A stretch of 32,000 nucleotides of DNA from Nitrospira japonica. GTDB taxonomy: Bacteria > Nitrospirota > Nitrospiria > Nitrospirales > Nitrospiraceae. Under the pieces are notes generated by a model, which did not search any database, was not told the origin of the DNA, and saw only the letters and a program-made list of their open reading frames with translations. The position numbers were made by a program, and so were the translations under genes. Shown in pieces: positions 25,504-32,000 of the stretch. Positions within the stretch are counted from its first letter, which is position 1; the number at the start of each line of letters is the position of its first letter. Location of the stretch: positions 652,876 through 684,875 of the forward strand of contig NZ_LT828648.1 in NCBI RefSeq assembly GCF_900169565.1. The letters run 5' to 3'.

Positions 25504-27303
25504 CTATTTCATCGCGACGGCCCGCACCTGAGCATAGACTGTTAAGCCCTGAAGGACCTTCACGATGCCATTTTGAAGCAAGGTTTCCATTCCTTCCCGC
25601 ATTGCCACACCGATCATCTCACTCGCAGGAGCCTTGGACTGAATGCGCTTCTTTAATTGATCAGATATTACAAGAAACTCATGGATCGCCACTCGCCCTT
25701 TGAACCCCGTTCGATTGCAGGTTTGACAACCATGACCACGATGAAGGAGTGCGCGGCTCAGATCATCGACTTCAAACTCAGGCAGCAAGCGACCTCCGTA
25801 GCCCTGCACCAACTCATCCCATTCATGACGAGATGGACGATACGCTTCCCTGCAGTCAGGGCAAATCTTTTTGCAGAGTCGTTGCGCGAGAATGCCCAGA
25901 ATGGAATCCGCAAAATTGAACGAATCGCAACCGAGATCAAGAAGCCTGACAACGGTTTCCACAGCACTATTCGTATGGAGCGTGCTGAACACCAGGTGAC
26001 CGGTTAACGAAGCCTCAATTGCAATATCGGCGGTCTCTTTGTCACGCATTTCTCCTATCATGATGACGTCCGGGTCGGCTCGCAGAAATGCGCGCATGGC
26101 TGTCGAAAACGTGAGGCCGATCTTCTGATGTACTTGGACCTGCCTAAGCCCATCTTGCGTAATTTCGATCGGATCCTCTGCTGTCCAGATTTTTCGCTCA
26201 TCGGTGTTAATATGCCTCAACAAGGCATGTAGCGTGGTCGTTTTTCCTGATCCCGTAGGCCCCACGCACAGGAGAAGGCCATGAGGTTTTTCAGAGAGGC
26301 CTTTGATCGCTTCAAGTGTTGCGCTTGAAAACTCCATCGCATTCAGTGATATCGGCTCTTTCGCGGTCAGCAAACGGAGTACGACGTCCTCATCTCCTCC
26401 TGCCGTCGGAAGGGTCGCAACCCGCAGTTCGATATTACGGCTCGTCGACAACTTGAACGCAATTTTTCCGTCCTGCGGCTTCCGCCGTTCAGCAATATCC
26501 AGATTCGCCATGATCTTCAGTCTCGATACGATAGCGCGCCGGTACGCAGCCGGAATTTTCATGTGTGTAAAACACGATCCATCAACTCGGTAGCGAACGG
26601 CCGTATCTTTTCGATCTGCATAGGGCTCGATGTGAAGATCAGACGCGCCCAACCGATCCGCTTCTAGGATCATATGATTGGCCAGCCGTACTATCGCCGA
26701 ATCATTTTCGTCAACTATGACGGCAGGAGGCTCAAACGGCTGGACGACCGGGATGTCTTGGACCAGCTCACTAAGAATCTCTCCGAGTAGCGTGTTCTTT
26801 GCAGGTCTCGCAACTGCAGCTAGGAACTGTTCAACATCCCGCCTCAGGCCGACACTGTAGCGAATCGAGGCGCCTGAGAATGCTCTTTTAACATCCCAAT
26901 GTCTTTCGGGATCATTAGGATCCGTGGTGAGAACGTCGACGAGCGTGCCATGTCGTGCAATTGGCAGCCACAGATTTCTCCTCAGGTAGTCTATATTCAG
27001 CGTCTTGAATAACTCGGTATCGATGATCGTCCGCTCATCATAAGGCAGGTAGGGACACTGATAAAATTCGCTGAGCGCGATTCCCACGGCTTCCTTTGAC
27101 ACGCGATACTGATCGAGGAGAATCCCCTCCAGATCTTCGCCTCCCTTGGCCTGGTCTATCGCCGCTTCGACGTCCATCGGGGCAATGCACCCGCGAAGCG
27201 CCAACGCGTCCAGCACATTCTGCTCAATCGAATACCGATTTCGAGGCGCAACTTTCGTTACCGGTTGAGGGATATGCCCCGAGTGATCTTTGTCGTCTTC
27301 CAT
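25504..27303 (-). CDS. GspE/PilB-family type IV filament assembly ATPase (long N-terminal GSPII_E_N-type domain)
   Basis: Walker A GPTGSGKTTTL. Asp/His boxes (MIGEMRD, TGHLVFSTLHTN) are present. The tetracysteine motif is CKKICPDC...CQTCNRTGFKGR. Walker A sits at about residue 350, and with 599 aa overall the protein is PilB/MshE-sized rather than GspE-sized. Confidence 0.88.
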   Translation of the reverse strand: MEDDKDHSGHIPQPVTKVAPRNRYSIEQNVLDALALRGCIAPMDVEAAIDQAKGGEDLEGILLDQYRVSKEAVGIALSEFYQCPYLPYDERTIIDTELFKTLNIDYLRRNLWLPIARHGTLVDVLTTDPNDPERHWDVKRAFSGASIRYSVGLRRDVEQFLAAVARPAKNTLLGEILSELVQDIPVVQPFEPPAVIVDENDSAIVRLANHMILEADRLGASDLHIEPYADRKDTAVRYRVDGSCFTHMKIPAAYRRAIVSRLKIMANLDIAERRKPQDGKIAFKLSTSRNIELRVATLPTAGGDEDVVLRLLTAKEPISLNAMEFSSATLEAIKGLSEKPHGLLLCVGPTGSGKTTTLHALLRHINTDERKIWTAEDPIEITQDGLRQVQVHQKIGLTFSTAMRAFLRADPDVIMIGEMRDKETADIAIEASLTGHLVFSTLHTNSAVETVVRLLDLGCDSFNFADSILGILAQRLCKKICPDCREAYRPSRHEWDELVQGYGGRLLPEFEVDDLSRALLHRGHGCQTCNRTGFKGRVAIHEFLVISDQLKKRIQSKAPASEMIGVAMREGMETLLQNGIVKVLQGLTVYAQVRAVAMK

Positions 27304-27361
27304 TCATCGCCCTAGAGTCCCATGCCTCATTGGATCGCCAGTGATTTGCTCCCGCTTGTAT

Positions 27362-28834
27362 TTACAAAACCCGCCAGGTCCCCGGCGCCTTGTACACGAC
27401 AGGCACACCTCGAAAAAGTCCCTGTGCCAAGTCAGCGTCATACCAGATCTCCAGCGTCGCTCCTCGGTTCACACTCATGACAGTTCCTCCAGCCTTCACC
27501 GCACCAAAAAGTTTTGTCGGTTGCTCTACAGTAACTGTTCCACCCACCCACAGAAGACCACGGAAATGGATTCCAGACAGGTTCACAGGTATTCTCGTCC
27601 CCAGAACTCTTGTTCCATTCTGGCCGGGACTCAAGACTGGAAATGATCGACCCCCGCCTTGCGGTTTTAGGACTACATGACCCTGTACGATCAGCACGGA
27701 CTCAAGATATTCCGAATCCAACACCAGCGTCCCCATATTCGCGTCGCGTGGTGGTTCGCCATCCATGGTATCGACGAATACCAACCCACGATGATTTCCG
27801 ACTGTCTGTGAGGTCAATAAGTCGGAAGGGGAAAAACCCTGTTCCCCTTCCGATGCATCCTGATGATGAAGTAATCCTTGTCGATCGAGACGATAGTAGA
27901 CTCCATGGCGAAGAGCCGTCTTCTTCATTGCCTCATAGTCCCAATGGTCCAATCGAACACCTGGAGAAGGAGACTGTTGAAGATGAACGTTCTGTGACGG
28001 AACTGGATGTACGCTCTGACCAGGTGGCGGGAGCATCACGGTCAAGTCACCGCCGATCCAGTATTCAGTCCAACGATCGATCGCCTGCTTGAGCGAGTCA
28101 TAGGGTTGCTCGGTTACCGGTGCATCGCTGGTCTTCATAGCGACGTCTTCCATTCTTTTTACAACCAGGCTTCCTGCAATGCGTTGATCACCCCAATGAA
28201 CCCGTACTGGGGACTCTCCGTCCGCCTGAGCAGTACCGAGTCCACCGCTGACCTGTATCGCCGACCGTATCGGAGGAATCGACAGGGCGCCAAGCTGAAC
28301 CTGAACCGTTCTTGCCAGTGGCCGTCCTCCAATAGTCGAGGCTGTTACCTCCATTGTGGCCAGTAATCCGGGTCGAAGCGGACCGTATAATTTGAATCGA
28401 GTGAGACGCCCAATGTCACGTAAGGCACCTACAAACCCGCTGGGCGGCCCGTTTAGTATGTTATTGTCTCCAGCGTTCCCGGCATCGAGCAGGACATCTG
28501 GATGGTCGGCCGTTCCCGCAAATTGAGAATGGAGCGCAGCGTCAAAGAAAGAGGGACCGGTCATCGGATCCCCTTGACGTCGTATCAATACCTCCCTTAA
28601 TGCAGCGGGTGTGGTGCTCGAGTCATGAAACCAGGTCATAATCAGATCCGTTGCGGAGTCGGCAAGTTGTTCCGCGACCGTTTCTTCCCTCATAGCGGCA
28701 ATTCCAGGTCTGTCTTGACCGGCCAGATACAGTGATGTCATGCCAAGCACGGAGAGAATCAACATCAGCATGAGCGTAGCCAAGAGTACATGGCCACGGG
28801 ATTCCAAAGATTGCACTGACACTCGATAACGCAT
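27362..28834 (-). CDS. Large PilX_N/GspK-like minor (pseudo)pilin, 490 aa
   Basis: ATG with GAGGTGA upstream. The N-terminus is ..ESRG|HVLLATLMLMLILSVLGMTSLYLAG, a pilin-like hydrophobic helix lacking Glu+5, as in GspK/PilX. It is the fourth gene of the H-I-J-K-ordered set. The remaining ~450 aa were not recognised. Confidence 0.6.
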   Translation of the reverse strand: MRYRVSVQSLESRGHVLLATLMLMLILSVLGMTSLYLAGQDRPGIAAMREETVAEQLADSATDLIMTWFHDSSTTPAALREVLIRRQGDPMTGPSFFDAALHSQFAGTADHPDVLLDAGNAGDNNILNGPPSGFVGALRDIGRLTRFKLYGPLRPGLLATMEVTASTIGGRPLARTVQVQLGALSIPPIRSAIQVSGGLGTAQADGESPVRVHWGDQRIAGSLVVKRMEDVAMKTSDAPVTEQPYDSLKQAIDRWTEYWIGGDLTVMLPPPGQSVHPVPSQNVHLQQSPSPGVRLDHWDYEAMKKTALRHGVYYRLDRQGLLHHQDASEGEQGFSPSDLLTSQTVGNHRGLVFVDTMDGEPPRDANMGTLVLDSEYLESVLIVQGHVVLKPQGGGRSFPVLSPGQNGTRVLGTRIPVNLSGIHFRGLLWVGGTVTVEQPTKLFGAVKAGGTVMSVNRGATLEIWYDADLAQGLFRGVPVVYKAPGTWRVL

Positions 28835-28864
28835 TGATCACCTCACCGCCTGCGACAGCTGAAG

Positions 28865-29605
28865 TCATGATTTCAAACTGATTCCTCGCACAGCTCTAGT
28901 CCCCATCCCCCGCAGAATCACATCAACGACGACTCGCTTGAGACGTCCGGGTTGGTTTACCGTCCGTCCATCTTCGTCCCAATATGAAAACTTGGCCGCC
29001 TGAACGTCTGCGAACAGCACGCTGGCGCCCCCATCAACCATCCGGAGCAGCCTCTTATTGCCTTGATCATCCTGCTTGCTGTAATAGCGAACACGGTTGC
29101 GGATCGACACGGAGGCACCGGTTGGAATCGAGATTGCGATTGGCTGCGTGAGTGTCAGCAGTGTTCGTTGTCCATCTCGCGAGAGCGTCATCACTTCATT
29201 GTGATCATTCCAGCTGACGACAATCGTCTTCCGCTCTGCCCATCCCCTTCCATCATCGACGCGCAGTGAAGTTGCGCCTGATGCCACAGGAGCAGTCACC
29301 GTGGTGACCAATCCATTGACATTGGCCCCAAACTCAATCTCATCCGGTCCCATGACTGACACGGAGTCTGCCTCGGCTTGGTGAATCTCCTGTTCGAGCA
29401 CCTCAAGACCAAGACGCAGATCCTGCTGCCGCGAGAGTGCGGCCTGTTGCAGCGCAAACTGTCGCTGGAAGAAGGACAAGGTCTGCCAGGCTGCTGACAA
29501 AATGATGAATCCGGCGGCCGTCGCCATCAGCAATTCCATGAGCGTTGTCCCGCATTCTCCTTTCTTGGAGTGCAGGACGCGAAGAGGTGGCCGCGCCGGC
29601 AACAT
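28865..29605 (-). CDS. PilW/GspJ-like minor (pseudo)pilin
   Basis: GGGAGG RBS. The prepilin-like motif is GECG|TTLMELLMATAAGFIILSAAW with Glu at +5. It is followed by ..QQDLRLGLEVLEQEIHQA, the J/W-type pattern. Confidence 0.65.
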   Translation of the reverse strand: MLPARPPLRVLHSKKGECGTTLMELLMATAAGFIILSAAWQTLSFFQRQFALQQAALSRQQDLRLGLEVLEQEIHQAEADSVSVMGPDEIEFGANVNGLVTTVTAPVASGATSLRVDDGRGWAERKTIVVSWNDHNEVMTLSRDGQRTLLTLTQPIAISIPTGASVSIRNRVRYYSKQDDQGNKRLLRMVDGGASVLFADVQAAKFSYWDEDGRTVNQPGRLKRVVVDVILRGMGTRAVRGISLKS

Positions 29606-29621
29606 GCATGGCCTCCCGAAG

Positions 29622-30110
29622 CTATTCGCCCACGTAGACAGGATTGGCTCTGATGGCGATCAGCTTGATTTCCCGATGCCCTTGGTTCGTCTCGTAGATC
29701 GCTCGGCTTTCGATCACAACGTAGCCCGCTCCCGACAAGCGTCCTGTTCGACTCGGTGTGACCGTCCACATGAGGGAGACGCCTTCCTTTTCTGCGGTTG
29801 CTGAGTAGACTCCATCCCCGCCCACCAGGTCGCCGTTCTGTCCGTCATCATGCATGACACTCTCGAACATGCCGTCATGATTGAGGTCGTCCATGAGAAT
29901 CCGCTCCCATCGTACCGAGCGCTTTGCTTCGATTCGGGCTTGGGCCATCGCTAAAGCCCGACTGGACATCGTCCCCAACGTAATGATTTTGTCGGCCACG
30001 TGGAAAGCTCCGATGGCTCCCATCAGCACCAACGGCAGGATCGCCATAGCAACCAAGACCTCCGTAAAGCTCGATCCGGCGCAATCGTTCGTACTTGGTC
30101 GCTTCGTCAC
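29622..30110 (-). CDS. PilV/GspI-like minor (pseudo)pilin
   Basis: The GTG start overlaps the upstream stop (GTGA). The motif is DCAG|SSFTEVLVAMAILPLVLMGA with Glu at +5. 162 aa. Confidence 0.65.
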   Translation of the reverse strand: MTKRPSTNDCAGSSFTEVLVAMAILPLVLMGAIGAFHVADKIITLGTMSSRALAMAQARIEAKRSVRWERILMDDLNHDGMFESVMHDDGQNGDLVGGDGVYSATAEKEGVSLMWTVTPSRTGRLSGAGYVVIESRAIYETNQGHREIKLIAIRANPVYVGE

Positions 30111-30568
30111 GAGAGGGACACGCGTCCGGTAATGCTCACCGTCAACGTGATTCGTCTTCCCATGTGATCAACTATGGCAATGGTCGTTGCGGTAGCCGAT
30201 CGCCCGCTCGGATAGAACAGGACGTTCGGTCCAGCGCTTGGCACATCCAGCATGACTCCCTTATCGGCATACTGATACTCATCAAGCACATCTCCCGAAT
30301 CCGCGCGCATGAAGGTAAGAGCTCGGCGAGCTTGATCGAACTGCACAAGCAATCGCTCCCGCCTGGACATTGCCAATTGTCTGGTCAGACGAAGCCCTGA
30401 TGCGATCTCAGCGGCCACGGACCTGGCTTGTGCTCTTGCAATCGCCGCCTTGTAGCTTGGTCCCGCCAGTGCCGCCACGAGCGCGAGGATCACCATGACC
30501 ATCAATACTTCAGTCAGGCTTGCTCCGCGTTCTTGCGCATTCGGTCTTAGGACATGTACAGACGGCAT
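30107..30568 (-). CDS. GspH/FimT-like minor (pseudo)pilin
   Basis: The motif is QERG|ASLTEVLMVMVILALVAALAG with Glu at +5. It is followed by SYKAAIARAQARSVAAEIASGLRLTRQLAMSRRERLLV, the GspH-domain pattern. 153 aa. Confidence 0.7.
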   Translation of the reverse strand: MPSVHVLRPNAQERGASLTEVLMVMVILALVAALAGPSYKAAIARAQARSVAAEIASGLRLTRQLAMSRRERLLVQFDQARRALTFMRADSGDVLDEYQYADKGVMLDVPSAGPNVLFYPSGRSATATTIAIVDHMGRRITLTVSITGRVSLS

Positions 30569-30781
30569 GATCGTGTCGACTCCGATAAGAAGTCGGAATC
30601 TCCAAGACTCATGCCGTCCTGAAACAGGCAGATTCCCGCGGCTCTGTCCACAGGAAGAGGCCAGGAAGCGCTATCACTTCCCCGCGCGTCGGATCGTTCT
30701 TGAGGATTAAAGAAACGCCGTCATCTGTAATCTGATCGGATACAACGGACCTTCAGTTCAGATACAGACGAGTGAAGAGGC

Positions 30782-31558
30782 TTAGGAAGGACCGAGCAGA
30801 CCCTGGTACCAATCTAAAATGGGTTGAGCAAAAAACATCGCGACGAGTGCTCCAAACGCAAGAAACGGTCCGAACGGGATATACTCATCCCGCTTGATCA
30901 GATGAAAGCTGATGAGAGACAGACCGATCAGGGATCCGGTCAAAGAACCAATCATGATGGTTAAGAGAGCCGGCTTCCACCCTAAAAAGGCTCCTATCAT
31001 GGCCAACAACTTAATATCTCCCCCGCCCATGCCTTCCTTGCCAAAGAGATAAGGGCTGATCCATGCCAGAACCCAAAGAATACCCCCTCCGATAATAATT
31101 CCCAGAAGGGCGTTTACCCATCCTACCGGCAAGACGGTAACGGCTCCCAGTAACCCAACCACAACCCCCGGCAATGTAATGGCATCCGGAATAATCTGGT
31201 GTGAGAGGTCGGTACCGACTACCACCAGCAAGGCGGAGAACAATATTCCATAGAGAACGGCCGGCCATCCGGGACCGAAAAACCAGAGAATCCCCACATA
31301 CCCAATCGCGTTTGCCGCTTCCACCAGGGGATACCGCGGGGGAATCTCGCCGTGACAGGCTCGGCATCGTCCTCCCAAGTAGAGATAACTCAATACGGGA
31401 ATATTGTCATAGGATCGGATCGGAGTTCCGCATGCCGGACAATGCGAGCCAGGCCAAACAATGGACTCGCCACGAGGGAGTCGAAAAATACACACATTCA
31501 AAAAACTCCCAACCAAACAGCCCAGCACAGCCACTACGACATACAGATAGACATCCAT
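30782..31558 (-). CDS. pilD: Prepilin peptidase / N-methyltransferase PilD (A24 family)
   Basis: The N-terminal CPACGTPI...GRCRACHGEI supplies two Cys pairs (DiS-P-DiS domain). It is a polytopic membrane protein with catalytic Asp motifs VGTDLSHQIIPD and GGGDIKL. Confidence 0.9.
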   Translation of the reverse strand: MDVYLYVVVAVLGCLVGSFLNVCIFRLPRGESIVWPGSHCPACGTPIRSYDNIPVLSYLYLGGRCRACHGEIPPRYPLVEAANAIGYVGILWFFGPGWPAVLYGILFSALLVVVGTDLSHQIIPDAITLPGVVVGLLGAVTVLPVGWVNALLGIIIGGGILWVLAWISPYLFGKEGMGGGDIKLLAMIGAFLGWKPALLTIMIGSLTGSLIGLSLISFHLIKRDEYIPFGPFLAFGALVAMFFAQPILDWYQGLLGPS

Positions 31559-31619
31559 GAGCCGCCCCTAGAATCTCGCGCCAGAGTTACGTAGTCGCAC
31601 TAGGGCCATAGAGCTTCGA

Positions 31620-31649
31620 TTTACAGGGACCAAACTGACCTCCTATAAT
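31620..31649 (+). promoter_or_regulatory. Sigma-70-type promoter candidate for the LuxR-type gene
   Basis: TTTACA (31620-31625), an 18-nt spacer, then TATAAT (31644-31649). It lies about 95 nt upstream of ATG 31743. Confidence 0.45.
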
Positions 31650-31742
31650 TTCCCCATTGGGCACTAGGGTTTGTTCTCCGGTGTTTTCACGTGCAGTGAA
31701 ATTATAACGGAATTCCCTTTCATTCAAAGGAGAACGGCAAAC

Positions 31743-32000
31743 ATGACACGAGCGAGCAAGGCCAAACCCAGATCGCCCCTCATCGACTTGACTCCGCCCC
31801 CACGGAAAAAACGCCCGGAATCCTTGACCAGCCGGGAGCAAGAGATCCTCGAGTTGATCTGGGCTGGATTCAAAAACAAGGAGATCGGTCAACGGCTCAA
31901 GATCAGCGTCAAAACCGTCGAGGCGCATCGCGCCAATATGATGAAAAAGCTGCGAGTTTCCAATACAGCCCAGCTGTTGAAAACTTCGATCCAGGGCGGA
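31743..32000 (+). CDS. Small LuxR/GerE-family helix-turn-helix transcriptional regulator (3' end beyond window)
   Basis: Absent from the ORF track because it is open at the right edge. ATG 31743 is preceded by AAAGGAGAA. My translation is MTRASKAKPRSPLIDLTPPPRKKRPESLTSREQEILELIWAGFKNKEIGQRLKISVKTVEAHRANMMKKLRVSNTAQLLKTSIQGG, a GerE-type HTH. The antisense ORF at 31587-31928 is a shadow frame. Confidence 0.8.
   Translation, partial: MTRASKAKPRSPLIDLTPPPRKKRPESLTSREQEILELIWAGFKNKEIGQRLKISVKTVEAHRANMMKKLRVSNTAQLLKTSIQGG

Noticed and set aside
24941-25545. ORFs of 91 aa (-), 116 aa (+) and 90 aa (+) in the ATPase-fimT intergenic spacer; checked as possible missing pilins
   Set aside because: None has a G|FTLIE-type prepilin motif, a hydrophobic N-terminal helix or an RBS. 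The region is AT-rich and is better explained as regulatory DNA.
30600-30616. Sigma-54-like sequence upstream of the GspH-like gene (minus strand CGGCAT-GAGTC-TTGGA)
   Set aside because: The near-invariant -12 GC dinucleotide is replaced by GG, and the -24 T is a C. The match is too weak to call without a PWM score or transcription start data.
31587-31928. 113-aa minus-strand ORF at the right edge
   Set aside because: It is antisense to a + strand frame that has a strong RBS and an unmistakable GerE/LuxR HTH. It is a shadow frame.

Overview
This is a densely coding bacterial chromosomal window. No rRNA, tRNA, CRISPR array or mobile element was seen. All family calls come from motif reading by eye, since no searches could be run.

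Layout, left to right:
- 1-1230 (-): 5' part of an alginate-export-type outer-membrane porin. It is missing from the ORF track because it runs off the window edge.
- 1610-2285 (-): two TatA/TatB-family genes.
- 2468-3901 (-): a MidA/DUF185-like SAM methyltransferase.
- 4101-4685 (+): a secreted hypothetical protein.
- 4855-8906: an envelope glycolipid module. It has an ArnC-like GT2, a small LAB_N membrane protein and an ArnT-like GT-C on the + strand, with a convergent PAP2 phosphatase.
- 31558 down to 7809: about 20 genes in one unbroken run on the - strand.

The - strand run, in transcription order:
- Type IV filament genes: prepilin peptidase PilD, then a GspH/I/J/K-like pseudopilin tetrad, then a GspE/PilB ATPase.
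- A 530-bp AT-rich spacer carrying a near-consensus sigma-54 promoter.
- A second tetrad (FimT/U-PilV-PilW-PilX), a 1794-aa PilY1 and an Ig/cadherin-like lipoprotein.
- Housekeeping genes phoH-ybeY-ftsY.
- A dual-receiver response regulator, an M1 metallopeptidase, a TolB-like beta-propeller lipoprotein and the PAP2 phosphatase.
- A small LuxR/GerE-type regulator (31743-32000, +) diverges from pilD.

The most interesting region is the composite type IV filament locus (16750-31558). It has two paralogous minor-pilin tetrads around one ATPase. The upstream tetrad has non-canonical prepilin cleavage sites and an oversized K/X-type subunit. The downstream tetrad is sigma-54 driven and ends in a giant, MIDAS-less PilY1 with three Ca-loops. 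No major pilin, platform protein, secretin or retraction ATPase is present in the window.
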